Source of the DNA: Dehalococcoides sp. JdFR-54
GTDB lineage: Bacteria; Chloroflexota; Dehalococcoidia; JdFR-54
Direction of reading: 5' to 3'
NCBI GenBank assembly: GCA_002011475.1
Contig: MTNP01000037.1
Coordinates: 77,246-141,245, forward strand
Length of the DNA stretch: 64,000 nucleotides
Under the pieces are notes generated by a model. That model searched no databases. It had not been told where the DNA came from and saw only the letters and a program-made list of their open reading frames with translations. Of this stretch, positions 45,773 through 55,618 are shown one piece after another (position 1 is the first letter of the stretch; each line of letters starts with the position of its first letter). The position numbers and the translations under genes were made by a program.

Positions 45773-46443
45773 CGGTCTACAAAGGCTGGAACGGGGAGCT
45801 GAAGCTTAACATCCCCGAGGGTCCGGAGGGCATCGGCACCGGCGATGGGGTTCAGACAGAGTTCGGCCCGGTGGCGCATGCCAACACCGACGGCAGCTAC
45901 TTCGCCGACACCGACGGGGACGGGTGGAGGACATCCCTGGACGTCTCGGTTTACTTGGACGGGGTGAAGCAGGACGCCACCACCTACACCATTAGCACGG
46001 CCACGGGCACGGTCACCTTGGCCACCCCACCGGGGGCGGGGGTGGCGGTCACCATCGACTATGCCTACGAGATGGTGGTGGGCCGCTGCCAGGGGGTGAG
46101 CTTCGACGTGGACTACGGCATGGAGCCGGTGAGGGTCATCGGCAGGAGGTCTCCTTTGCTCATAAAGGAGGGCCCCATAGAGATCACGGGCACCATCGAC
46201 AAGCTCTTCGTGGATAACTCCCTGGTGCAGCGGGTGGAGCCGGCCAGGGATACCGACGGCTACCCCACCGAGCAGTACGCCTTCATCCTGGACATGGAGG
46301 TAACCGACTCGGCAGGGTCCAGGAAGCACGCCACCCTCAAGGGGGTGAAGTTCTCCAGCTACTCCCGGGAGCTGCCCCAGGACGACTTCTACTCCGAGTC
46401 GGTGGACTTCCAGGCCACGGACATCCTGTTTGCGGCCACTTAA
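45769..46443 (+). CDS. major tail (tube) protein candidate
   Basis: Position before the chaperone/tape-measure genes. 224 aa. Confidence 0.45.
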   Translation: MTVYKGWNGELKLNIPEGPEGIGTGDGVQTEFGPVAHANTDGSYFADTDGDGWRTSLDVSVYLDGVKQDATTYTISTATGTVTLATPPGAGVAVTIDYAYEMVVGRCQGVSFDVDYGMEPVRVIGRRSPLLIKEGPIEITGTIDKLFVDNSLVQRVEPARDTDGYPTEQYAFILDMEVTDSAGSRKHATLKGVKFSSYSRELPQDDFYSESVDFQATDILFAAT

Positions 46444-46837
46444 GGAGGTGAATGAGATGCCCATATTCAGTGGATGGGAAGCGGAGATACTCCTGGACGG
46501 CGGGGTTATCGGCGACGCCCAGGGGATAACTTGGGAGATAAATCCCAACCTGGAGTCGGTCTACGAGCTGGGGAGCCGCCAGCCCGCCGAGTTCCACCAG
46601 GGCAACGAGGAGATAACGGGCACCATAGACAAGCTCCATGTGAGCAAAGACTTGGTGGAGCGGATTCTGGGGGATTACCCCACGCCGGTGACCCTGGTGG
46701 TGCGACCGAAGAAGGGCTCTTCCCCGGTGTACACCCTTAGCGGAGTCCTCTTCGAGACGGCGGGGATAGAGATAGGGGCCGAGGACCTCACCACCGAGTC
46801 CATCGATTTCAGGGCCCAGTCCATGACCATAAGCTAA
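46430..46837 (+). CDS. tail tube protein paralog
   Basis: EITGTIDKLHVSKDLVERI parallels EITGTIDKLFVDNSLVQRV of the preceding gene. Confidence 0.45.
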   Translation: MRPLKEVNEMPIFSGWEAEILLDGGVIGDAQGITWEINPNLESVYELGSRQPAEFHQGNEEITGTIDKLHVSKDLVERILGDYPTPVTLVVRPKKGSSPVYTLSGVLFETAGIEIGAEDLTTESIDFRAQSMTIS

Positions 46838-46846
46838 GGAGGAGCT

Positions 46847-47182
46847 ATGAGTAGCCACGAAGAACGCTTTCTCACCAAGGAGATGCTCCTTCGCGGGAGC
46901 AAGAGGACGGTGGAGGTCAGGCTGGACGGCTTTGACCACCCGGTGCTGATGCGCCCTCTTTCCGGGGCCGAGGTGGATGCCATCGCCAGGAACCAGGGGC
47001 TTAGCGACTTTCAGAGGTCGGCGGCCATGATCGCCGCCTCCCTGGTGGAGCCCAGGCTTTCCCCCGAGGAGGTGCAGGAGCTCGATATGGGGCTATTTGC
47101 CAGGCTGTCCGAGAAGGTGGTGGAGCTCTCCGGGCTCGAGGTGCGCCCCTTTCGAGCTGAGGGCCTTCCTTCGGGACAATGA
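46847..47182 (+). CDS. tail assembly chaperone (G-like)
   Basis: 111-aa acidic protein immediately upstream of the tape measure gene. Confidence 0.5.
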   Translation: MSSHEERFLTKEMLLRGSKRTVEVRLDGFDHPVLMRPLSGAEVDAIARNQGLSDFQRSAAMIAASLVEPRLSPEEVQELDMGLFARLSEKVVELSGLEVRPFRAEGLPSGQ

Positions 47183-47333
47183 GGGGCAGACCCTGTTCGC
47201 CCTCATGCACGAGTTCCACTTCACCTTCCAGGAGCTGGCGGAGATGACACCCCTCCAGTGGAGCTTCCTGGTGGAGGGATTGAGCGACCATTACAAGAGG
47301 CTACAGAGGGCGACCAGAAGGAGACGCAGGTAG
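47097..47333 (+). CDS. T-like extension of the tail assembly chaperone, in the +1 frame relative to G
   Basis: Overlaps the 3' end of G. Protein-like sequence DNEGQTLFALMHEFHFTFQELAEMTPLQWSFLVEGL. Confidence 0.4.
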   Translation: MPGCPRRWWSSPGSRCAPFELRAFLRDNEGQTLFALMHEFHFTFQELAEMTPLQWSFLVEGLSDHYKRLQRATRRRRR

Positions 47334-47426
47334 AATGCCAGGCCGTGAAGAGGAGCTGAAGGTAAGGATCACCGGCGAGGACCAGCTCTCGCCCGTCCTG
47401 GACAGGGTCAGAGGAGGGCGGAGAGC

Positions 47427-49185
47427 ATGTCGGCCAGGCTGAAGAAGGCGGGGCAGGCCGCCGCCAAAGGCATGATGGTCATCGGCGGGGCTGCCTCGGC
47501 CATGGCCGGGCTCTCCGTCAAGGCCGCCACCGACTTCGAGGCCTCCATGAGCCGTGCCCTTATGATGTTCGGCGACATCTCCCAGGAGCAGCGGAACAAC
47601 CTCTCTCAGCTTGCCCGCACCATCGCCGTAGAGACGGGAACCTCAAGCAGGCAAGGCAGCCGAAGCCCTGTGGTTCCTGGGCTCGGCGGGCATGGAGGCT
47701 TCCGAGGCGGGCAAGGCCCTGGGGGACATCATGAAGGTGGTGGCCGCCCGGGGCATAGACGCCGCCTCCATGGGGGAGCTGGCCATGACCTCCATGCAGC
47801 TCTTCGGCTATGAGGCAAAGGACACGGCGAAGGTGCTCAATATCCTGGCCGGGGCCGAGGCCTCGTCTCTCATCAACCTGGAAGACCTCAGGGAAGCCTT
47901 TGTCTATGCGGCGCCCACGGCCGCCCAGCTGGGCATGTCCCTGGAGGAGACGGCGGCCACCATCGCTGCCCTGGGGCGGGCCGGGGTCAGGGGCTCCATA
48001 GCCGGCACCGCCCTGGCTCGGGTGATGGAAGGGATGCTGGACCCCACCGATGAGGCCCGGGCCATGCTGCAGAGGCTGGGCATCTCCATCTGGGACCAGG
48101 AGGGCCGGATGCGCTCGGTGGTGGATGTCATCAAGGACATCGAGAAGGCCACCCGGGGGATGACCCAGCAGCAGAAGACCATGATCTCCACCACTCTCTT
48201 CGGCACCCGGGAGCTACGGGCCTTCAATGCCATCACCCAGGTGAGCACCGATTTCATCAACGAGCTCACCGAGCAGCTCAAGACCTCCAACGATGTGCAG
48301 AGGCAGTGGGAGGACTGGACCCAGACCAACGCCTACCGTCTGGGGCAGCTCAAGGCGAAGCTGGAGGATACCGCCATATCGGTGGGCGAGAAGCTCGTGC
48401 CCGTGCTCACGCCCTTAATCGAGTCCTTCGGCAGAATCCTGGACAAGCTGACGCCCCTCATCGAGAAGCACGGCGACCTCATCGCCAAAGTGCTGCTGGC
48501 TACAGCGGTTCTCCTTCCCCTGGGCCTGGCCCTCCAGGTAGCCATCAGCGCCGTGGGTGGGCTGGTCACCATTATGAGCGTCCTCCCCGCTGTGTTCACC
48601 GCCCTTACCGGCCCGGCAGGGATCGCGGTGGCTGCCATCGCTGCCCTGGTCACAGTGGGCATCCTGGTGCGGAAGAACTGGGACACCATTAAGGAGGCCC
48701 TGGTGAACATCTGGAACGCCATCGTCTCCGGGGCCAGGGCCGCCTTCGAGGGGCTGAAGGCCGCCCTGGCCGCCATCTTCAAGGGCATCCTCACCTACAT
48801 GCTGGCCCCCTTTCAGGGCATCCTGGAGCTTATCGATAAGGTCATTGGGGCAGTGCGCCGCATCCCCATCATCGGAAGTAGAATCCCCGGCCTGGGAGCC
48901 ATGGCTGACCTGGTGAGAACGGCCAAGGAGGCCATAGGCAGGGTGACCTACTTTGAGCACGGCGGGCTTATCCCCGAGCCCACCCTGCTCTACGGGCTCA
49001 GGTCAAGGCGGCCGTACGCCATCGCTGGCGAGCGAGGCCCGGAGTGGGTGGGGCCACCCGGGTCGGTGAACAACTACTTCCACATCCGCCAGGTGACGGT
49101 GAGGAGCGAGGACGACATCCAGAAGATAGCCCGGGCCCTCTACGAGCTCCAGGAGAGGCGGGCGCGGGCGGTGGGGGTGAGGTAG
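47427..49185 (+). CDS. tail tape measure protein (TP901-like), interrupted by a +1 frameshift near 47650
   Basis: Frame 0 47427 through ...IAVETGTSS and then Gly/Arg-rich junk. Frame 1 opens at 47632 (...AAEALWFLGSAGMEASEAGKALGDIM...) and runs to 49185. Confidence 0.7.
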
Positions 49186-49928
49186 TGTCCAGCTTCAGCT
49201 TCGGGGGGCAGGACTTCAAGCAGTGGGGCGTCTATCTCCTGGAAGGCTCCGAGAGGCAGGTGCTGGCCCCCTCCAGGGACAGGATGATCGAGATACCGGG
49301 GAAGCACGGCGCCTATGACTTCTCCCCAGAGTACGCCCCCAGGGAGTTCAGGCTCAGGTGCGTGGTGCTGGCAAGTTCTCACAGCCAGCTCCTATCCAGG
49401 CTTCAGTCCATAGCTGGAGCTCTGAACCTCTTGAAGGGGGCGCAGCAGCTTATCTTCGACCTCCAGCCCGACCGCTACTGGCTGGCCCGGTATTCGGGGA
49501 ACCTGGCGGCTATCCTGGGGGCCATTAATGGAGAGTTCGACCTGGAGATGCTCTGCGCTGACCCTTTCGCCTACAGCACAGCCGAGAGCCAGCAGACAGA
49601 CGCTATCCCTGCCACCTTCAATGTCCCGGTGGGCGGCGACGCCGAGGCCTGGCCGATCTATGAGCTCACCGCCAGCACTGGAGGCAGCGGCACGGTCTCC
49701 ATAACGAATAATACTTTGGGCAAGACCCTTAACTGGGCTGGCTCCTGGGCCCTCGGTGATGTGCTCAGGATAGACACCGCCAGGTGGATGGTCTACCTGA
49801 ACGGCAGCCCCAGCATGGGTGGGGTGAGCGGCGACTTCCCCAGGCTCAAGGGAGGAGCCACCAATAGCTTAACCGTCTCGGGGATGAGCGGCACCTGCCA
49901 GACGACCTTCCGGGCGAGATGGCTATGA
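49185..49928 (+). CDS. distal tail protein (Dit-like)
   Basis: GTG overlapping the tape-measure stop (TAGTG). 248 aa in the siphovirus-typical position. Confidence 0.5.
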   Translation: MSSFSFGGQDFKQWGVYLLEGSERQVLAPSRDRMIEIPGKHGAYDFSPEYAPREFRLRCVVLASSHSQLLSRLQSIAGALNLLKGAQQLIFDLQPDRYWLARYSGNLAAILGAINGEFDLEMLCADPFAYSTAESQQTDAIPATFNVPVGGDAEAWPIYELTASTGGSGTVSITNNTLGKTLNWAGSWALGDVLRIDTARWMVYLNGSPSMGGVSGDFPRLKGGATNSLTVSGMSGTCQTTFRARWL

Positions 49929-52900
49929 GCCAGCTTTATCGGGTAGAGATAAGAGACGCCAGTGGAGACCTGAAGGCCATCCTGGAGAACGCCTTCGCTG
50001 TGGGCTATGAGACGGCCTTCAACGAGGTGGGGGCTGCCTGGTTCTCCCTGCCCGCCGACGACCCCAAGGCCCCCGAAATCCAGCTGGGGCGGGAGGTCTG
50101 GCTCTACGAGCAAGGGAGCCTGGTGGACGTCTACCGCATCGCCCGCCGGGAGACTCGCCGCCAGGGGACTGAGCTGGTAGCGGCGGTCTCCTGCGAGCAG
50201 GTGGGCGCCTGCCTGCTGAACGATGTCATCCCCTTCAAGGAATGGCAGAACCAGAGCGTCTCCACCATTCTGCAGGACATCCTTGGTTACCAGTCCTCTC
50301 CAAAGATCATTTTTGGCGGCGTTGACCCTGGTCTGAACCAGAGCCGCTCCCTGCGTGCCGAGTGGGATACCCTCCTCGAAGCCTGCCTCAATGTCCAGGA
50401 GACTGCAGGCGGGGTGCTCCTCATCCTGCCCGATGCCGGCGACCCCACCACCAGGAGGCTCTACCTCAAGGAGACCTGGAACGTGGGGGAGGACACGGGT
50501 CAGCAACTCCGCTACGGCAAGAACCTGGCCGAGAGCAGCCGAACCGTTGACCTCAAAGGCCTGGTGACCAGGCTCTATCCCCTGGGCTACGGTGAAGGGG
50601 AGAACCAGCTAAGGCTCTCCTGGCTGGTGGTGCAGGACGAGGAGGCCGTGAAGAGCAGCGACGCCACCTACGGCTACCTCACCCTGGGCGGCGAATACTC
50701 CTGCTATGAGGGGTACACCGGGCCGGGAGATGCGCTGCCACAGGGGATGGTGGTCAAGAAGAACGGGGTGGACGACTCGGCTAACTGGAGCCAGGGGCCG
50801 ACCGACCAGATGCTCAGGTGCCCTATCGCCGTATTTGACCCTGCCGCTACCTACACCATCACCTACCGCCATGCCGACTACCTCAAGGCGGACACCTGGG
50901 AGACCTGGGGCATCGTGGCTGCCCCCTGGGTGGACAAAGAGCAGCTCTTCTTCGATAGCCTTATCCAGGGCGGAAGGGTAGCCCTGGGCAGGCTCAAGAG
51001 CCCCAGGGTAACCTACTCCGTCAAGGCTGTCGACCTGGCCAAACTGGGCCCGGAGTGGAACTTCGAGAAGCTCTCCCTGGGCAACCGGGTAAGGGTCATC
51101 GACGAGGAGCTGGGCATCTCCATAGAGGAGTATGTGGTCCGCATCCGCAAGGGCGACCTGGCCGACCCCCTGGACTTCGAAATTGAGCTCTCCAACAGGG
51201 TGGCCGACCTGGGGGATGCGGTGGCTTCCCTCATCGACCGTCAGGGTGGGTGGGAGAGGCACACCACCAGCCAGATAGGGGCGGAACAGGTCACCCTGGA
51301 AGGGCAGGAAAGGACGAAGCTGGCCTCCTGGCAGCACGCCAGCGACCCGAAGAAGATAGACGGCGCTAAGGTCTACTTCGGCACCATCGACACCGAGCAG
51401 CTGGCGGCCCTGGCGGTCCAGTTCCAGAACCTGGGCGACGAGGTGAGGGCGGGCATCGGGCGAGAGTGGTTCGGCTGCTTCTACGAGGCAGAATCCCTGC
51501 CCGGCGGCCCTGGCAGCGTGGTAGCCGACCCCTCAGCCTCAGGCGGCTCCTGCCGCAGAGCCCTCTCCACTGACACTGCTGGCTACCTGGTCTATGGCCC
51601 TTATCTCAGCACCCTGGCCGCAGGCAACCACTGGGTGCTCTTCCGCCTCAAGGTGGCCTCCAATGTATCCTCCGACCAGGTGGCTACCCTGGATGTCTAC
51701 TGCAGCCGGGGCATCCTGGCGTCAAGGGTGGTCAAGGCCAGCGACTTTTACCAGGCCAACGTGTGGCAGTCCTTCTCCCTCCTGGCCGAGGTGCGGGAAG
51801 ATGATGCCAATCTGGAGTTCCGGGTCTATTTCCACCCAGGGGCAACTGACCTATCCTGCGACTTCGTCAGGGCCATCCCCCTGGGCCTGGTGTCCACCCA
51901 GGTCATCGAGAACCTGGCGGTGACCAATGCCAAGATCGCCGATGCCGCTGTGGGCACCCTGAAGGTGGCCGACGGCGCCATCATCGCCGGCAAGATGAAC
52001 CTCATCAGCCACATCCTGGACGGCGTGGCCTGGGGCGACAACTCTCCTTCACCAGGCTACGTCTCCTGGAGCGGGGCCAGGGTGATCTACAAAGGCGTGA
52101 CCTACAACATCGCTGACGGCAACACCAGCCTCAGGTACATCTGGTGGGACTATACCTATCCCAGCTCCTTCCAGGCCAGCGATACCAAGCCCGACCTCGC
52201 CGATGACGACTTCCTGGTCTGCCTCAACCTCAACGGGACTCACCTCCAGGTCTGGGCGGGCACCCTGATTCACGGCGGCACCATCCGCACCGGCAGCATC
52301 TCCACCGAGGAGCTCCAGGCGAGCTCAGTAACTGCAGAAAAGCTCAATGTGCTCGGCCTGGACGCCAGCGGCAAGCTCATCCTCACTCAGATAGGCTCGG
52401 GCTCCCTGGACGACATCCCCGAGGGCGCCGTCTACGGCAGGGTTAAGATAGGTGCCCTGACCAACGGCCAGGTGGACCTGAGCAAGGCCGACGTCATCAA
52501 TAAGGTCGCCGACAATATCGCCGAGTCCGCCACCAGGAAATGGGCGGCGGAAACGGGGGCCGATGTTACCGCCAACCACGAGGCGGCCCAGGCAAGGAAG
52601 CTCACCCAGAACCAGTACCTGGATGAGTTCGGCATAGAGATAGCCTCCTCCTCAGGCCCGACCAGGGTGGTCATGTCCCAGTACCGCATCGCTGGCTACA
52701 ATGCGGGCAGCCTCCAGTTCGAGCTCAGGGCCTCCGATGGCCGGGCCTACGCCGGAGGGGGCAGCGTCATCCTGGACAGCGACGGCATCACCATCAATGG
52801 CACCCTGAAGCTCATCACCTTCAAGCCCACCGCCGACTGGAGCTTTATCTACGGCGGCTCCGATGGCTACCTGCACATTGAGACCCCGGAGCTCCAGGTG

Positions 52901-53656
52901 CACGGAGATATGTATTTTGATGGCCTCGACCTCCGTACCTACGTGGGCTTCGGCTACTATGCCAGGGTCGGGCCGGATAGCGATTCCTCTGCCTATACCT
53001 TCTTCCGCACCCTGAACATAGCGGGCTCCGGGAATGTGGACCACAAGTTCTGCCCCACGGCGGGAGCCTGGGGCTACCTGGGGGATGCTACCTACTACTG
53101 GTATAAGACCTACGTCGCCTACGCTTACTTTCTAGATGTGCTGCCCAAGAACGGCCCGGATACAGGGAGCGTGGGCAACCCCACCGACTACTGGTTCAAC
53201 GGCTATTTCCACTACCTCCGCTACAAGGACCTGGGCTCCTTCCAGGAGCACGACGACATCGACCTGATACGGCAGCTGCGCCCCGACCCGGTGCGCAAGG
53301 GGCTCGTAGACAGGGCTTCCATTCCTCGGGAGATGAGGGGGCAACCCGACCCCGAGGCGGTGGCTCGCCACAGGGAGGCCATCCTCAGAGACGCCCAGAA
53401 TGAGGCAGCCAGGATTCTGGCCGAGCCAGAGCGGAAGAAGGACGTCAGCGAGGCAGAGCGGGCGCTTCTGCGGGCTGAAGCTAAGAAGCAGAGTGAGAAT
53501 ATCCTGGCCCAGGCTCAGAAGCGAGCCCTGGAGCTGGATGCGGAAGCCGATGAAGGGATCGATGTGGGTGCCTCCATAGGGCTGGCCTTCGGAGCTATTC
53601 GCCAGCTTGCCGACAGGCTGGAAGCCCTGGAAAGGGCTATCGCAGGGAGGGCATGA
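49919..53656 (+). CDS. tail tip / host-specificity protein (Tal-like prophage tail endopeptidase N-terminus with a long fibre-like C-terminal region)
   Basis: 1245 aa following Dit. The C-terminal part is rich in beta-strand repeats and ends in a coiled-coil. Confidence 0.6.
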   Translation: MAMSQLYRVEIRDASGDLKAILENAFAVGYETAFNEVGAAWFSLPADDPKAPEIQLGREVWLYEQGSLVDVYRIARRETRRQGTELVAAVSCEQVGACLLNDVIPFKEWQNQSVSTILQDILGYQSSPKIIFGGVDPGLNQSRSLRAEWDTLLEACLNVQETAGGVLLILPDAGDPTTRRLYLKETWNVGEDTGQQLRYGKNLAESSRTVDLKGLVTRLYPLGYGEGENQLRLSWLVVQDEEAVKSSDATYGYLTLGGEYSCYEGYTGPGDALPQGMVVKKNGVDDSANWSQGPTDQMLRCPIAVFDPAATYTITYRHADYLKADTWETWGIVAAPWVDKEQLFFDSLIQGGRVALGRLKSPRVTYSVKAVDLAKLGPEWNFEKLSLGNRVRVIDEELGISIEEYVVRIRKGDLADPLDFEIELSNRVADLGDAVASLIDRQGGWERHTTSQIGAEQVTLEGQERTKLASWQHASDPKKIDGAKVYFGTIDTEQLAALAVQFQNLGDEVRAGIGREWFGCFYEAESLPGGPGSVVADPSASGGSCRRALSTDTAGYLVYGPYLSTLAAGNHWVLFRLKVASNVSSDQVATLDVYCSRGILASRVVKASDFYQANVWQSFSLLAEVREDDANLEFRVYFHPGATDLSCDFVRAIPLGLVSTQVIENLAVTNAKIADAAVGTLKVADGAIIAGKMNLISHILDGVAWGDNSPSPGYVSWSGARVIYKGVTYNIADGNTSLRYIWWDYTYPSSFQASDTKPDLADDDFLVCLNLNGTHLQVWAGTLIHGGTIRTGSISTEELQASSVTAEKLNVLGLDASGKLILTQIGSGSLDDIPEGAVYGRVKIGALTNGQVDLSKADVINKVADNIAESATRKWAAETGADVTANHEAAQARKLTQNQYLDEFGIEIASSSGPTRVVMSQYRIAGYNAGSLQFELRASDGRAYAGGGSVILDSDGITINGTLKLITFKPTADWSFIYGGSDGYLHIETPELQVHGDMYFDGLDLRTYVGFGYYARVGPDSDSSAYTFFRTLNIAGSGNVDHKFCPTAGAWGYLGDATYYWYKTYVAYAYFLDVLPKNGPDTGSVGNPTDYWFNGYFHYLRYKDLGSFQEHDDIDLIRQLRPDPVRKGLVDRASIPREMRGQPDPEAVARHREAILRDAQNEAARILAEPERKKDVSEAERALLRAEAKKQSENILAQAQKRALELDAEADEGIDVGASIGLAFGAIRQLADRLEALERAIAGRA

Positions 53657-53659
53657 GCC

Positions 53660-53875
53660 GTGTCTGACAGAGAGCAGGAACAGAAGCCGATGGGCATCTT
53701 CACCATCGCCTTTGACCCACAGCAGGGCCGCTTCTCCTTCGTGGGCAATATGCCGGTGGAGCAGGCTCTCGCTATCCTTCAGCAGGCCCTGGCACAGCAG
53801 CAGCGGGAACGAATGAGGCAGGAAATCCTTAAGGAGCTGGAGAGCAAGGCCAACCAGTCAGAGGCGCCGCCTTAG
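53660..53875 (+). CDS. hypothetical small protein
   Basis: 71-aa ORF. Confidence 0.35.
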   Translation: MSDREQEQKPMGIFTIAFDPQQGRFSFVGNMPVEQALAILQQALAQQQRERMRQEILKELESKANQSEAPP

Positions 53876-54183
53876 CGGTGATGTGTCAGGAGCTTTCCCC
53901 CGAACTTAAGCAGCCGTACCATGCCCTCTGCCAGCAGAACGATGGCCAGCCCGGAAATAAGGAGCATAGCTATGAGCATGGCTGCGACTTGGACAATGAA
54001 GCCCGCTTCTCCAAGGAACGTGCTCCTTGGACTGGGTATGACGCTGAGGATCAGATAGACGAGACCAAGGATGGGTCCTCTCCAAAGGAGAAGGCAAAGA
54101 ATAGCTACGATTCCGATAGCCATAATAGCTGCAAGGGTTGCCCTCTCCGTTGGATCGAACTCCAGGCCGCGCATCGCTATCAC
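53872..54183 (-). CDS. small multi-pass membrane protein (holin-like candidate)
   Basis: Three hydrophobic segments. No endolysin recognised nearby. Confidence 0.3.
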   Translation of the reverse strand: MIAMRGLEFDPTERATLAAIMAIGIVAILCLLLWRGPILGLVYLILSVIPSPRSTFLGEAGFIVQVAAMLIAMLLISGLAIVLLAEGMVRLLKFGGKLLTHHR

Positions 54184-54226
54184 TTCTAAAGATAATAGCC
54201 TCTTTGCAACGAGAATGCCACCTGCT

Positions 54227-55120
54227 CTACCCCCTCAGCAGGCTGTCGGCGGGGGAGTATTTCCGATGCTGAGCCTGGACGTCGGTGCTCCAGAGGTTCA
54301 CATACAGCCTGACGGTTTGCAGGCTGCTATGTCCCAGTATCTGCTGCAAGCTGAAGGGGTCGCCTCCGTTCAGCAGGTACTTCCTGGCGAAAGTATGGCG
54401 GAAGGTATGGGGAGAGCATCGCTTGCCGTTGACTCCGGCGAGCCTGGCGCATTCCTCAATGATGTATTCCAGCCTGCGCACCCCCAGGGGCTTCCCGTTG
54501 CGGCCAGAGAATAGCCAGCCCGAGCGGCGGTCACTCAGGTATCTCCGTAGTTGCCTGGTGGCCTCTCTGCCGATGGGCACCATGCGCTCCCTACCCCCCT
54601 TGCCCAAGACTTTGGCTGCAGCTGTGCCATTCTCAAAGTGGATGCGCTCTACCTCCAGCCTGGCAAGCTCCGACACCCTGAGCCCGCTGTCCAGGAGCAG
54701 CAGGAAAATGGCCTTGTCACGCTGGGGGTTCCGGGTGCTGCGGGTGGCCTTCAGGAGCAGCCTTACCTCTTCGTCCGAGAAAGGCTCAGGCAGCTTGCGG
54801 GATGGCCTGGAAAGTCTGACAGCAGCGAAGGGGTCATTATGGACCTTGCCTTCGGCGACCAGCCACTTCAAGAAGGCTTTGACTACGACGGCGTTCTGCC
54901 TGGGCGTTCCGTTGCCACCTCCATTTGCCTGCAGGTGGGTAATGTAGGCCCTGAGGTCGGTAGCGGATAGAGTTCCTGGCTCCGTCTTTCCGTTGTCACC
55001 GCACCAGTCGGCGAAGCGCCTGAGCCTGGCGCCATAGACCTTCAGAGTGCGCTCTGCCTTTCCCTCAACGGCCAGCGCCGCCAAATATTCCCCCACGACC
55101 CTGTGGATAGCTGTCATCAT
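54227..55120 (-). CDS. tyrosine-type site-specific recombinase/integrase (XerC/D-like)
   Basis: N-terminal SAM-like domain. Catalytic region R...HTFRHTFA...LGHSSLQTVRLY. Start set at MMTAIHRV (GGAGG upstream). Confidence 0.8.
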   Translation of the reverse strand: MMTAIHRVVGEYLAALAVEGKAERTLKVYGARLRRFADWCGDNGKTEPGTLSATDLRAYITHLQANGGGNGTPRQNAVVVKAFLKWLVAEGKVHNDPFAAVRLSRPSRKLPEPFSDEEVRLLLKATRSTRNPQRDKAIFLLLLDSGLRVSELARLEVERIHFENGTAAAKVLGKGGRERMVPIGREATRQLRRYLSDRRSGWLFSGRNGKPLGVRRLEYIIEECARLAGVNGKRCSPHTFRHTFARKYLLNGGDPFSLQQILGHSSLQTVRLYVNLWSTDVQAQHRKYSPADSLLRG

Positions 55121-55145
55121 GCCCTCCTGTGCTTCTTGCCTTGCC

Positions 55146-55179
55146 CACATTCATCGCTCTCCTCCCGCAGGAAGTCAAG
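55146..55179 (-). promoter_or_regulatory. conserved leftward promoter-like motif, copy C (upstream of the tyrosine integrase)
   Basis: cacattcatcgctc...caggaagtcaag. Confidence 0.4.
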
Positions 55180-55277
55180 CTGCAGGGACAAAAGGGGATT
55201 GACTTCTCCAGTCTTGACATGCTACTATTGCGGCAGCGAAAGGCTCAAATGTTCGGACATATTAGGGAGTATAAGCC

Positions 55278-55496
55278 ATGCCTGTGCTTGATACCTATCT
55301 GAATGTAGTGGAGGCAGCTGCTATTCTTGGAGTCCACTGGGAGACGGTTAAACGCCTGTGCCGGGAAGGGCGCATCCCGGCGGAGAAAGTTCACAATACC
55401 TGGCTCATTCACAAAGACAAGCTGGAACAGTTTGCCGGAACCTACAATGACCCTAGGCGCGGCAAAAGAAAGAAAACTGGACGAGTAGTCCCATAG
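55278..55496 (+). CDS. excisionase-family / MerR-like HTH DNA-binding protein
   Basis: LNVVEAAAILGVHWETVKRLCREGRIPAEKVHNTWLIHKDKLEQF fits the excisionase-type HTH pattern. Confidence 0.55.
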   Translation: MPVLDTYLNVVEAAAILGVHWETVKRLCREGRIPAEKVHNTWLIHKDKLEQFAGTYNDPRRGKRKKTGRVVP

Positions 55497-55618
55497 GAAC
55501 ATTAGAGTGATGCCCCAAGCTCGTAGTAAGGACCGCTCTGCGCTGACGTGGGAAGTCTGTGGGGTCAGGACTGAGCCATCCGTCCTTCTGCTCAACACTA
55601 TGAAGCAGGCAGGGCAAA

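Larger units (their letters stand above)
4285..54183. mobile_element. siphovirus-like prophage (about 50 kb). Modules: integrase, sigma factor, replication/recombination, methyltransferase, packaging/head, accessory morons, tail
   Basis: Contiguous phage gene modules in canonical order from the serine integrase to the tail fibre gene. Low-GC morons lie on the opposite strand. Confidence 0.75.

Noticed and set aside
53872-54183. Lysis cassette (holin + endolysin) at the right end of the prophage
   Set aside because: Only a small membrane protein is present. No lysozyme/amidase/peptidase endolysin motif was recognised anywhere in the tail-distal region, so a lysis module cannot be asserted.
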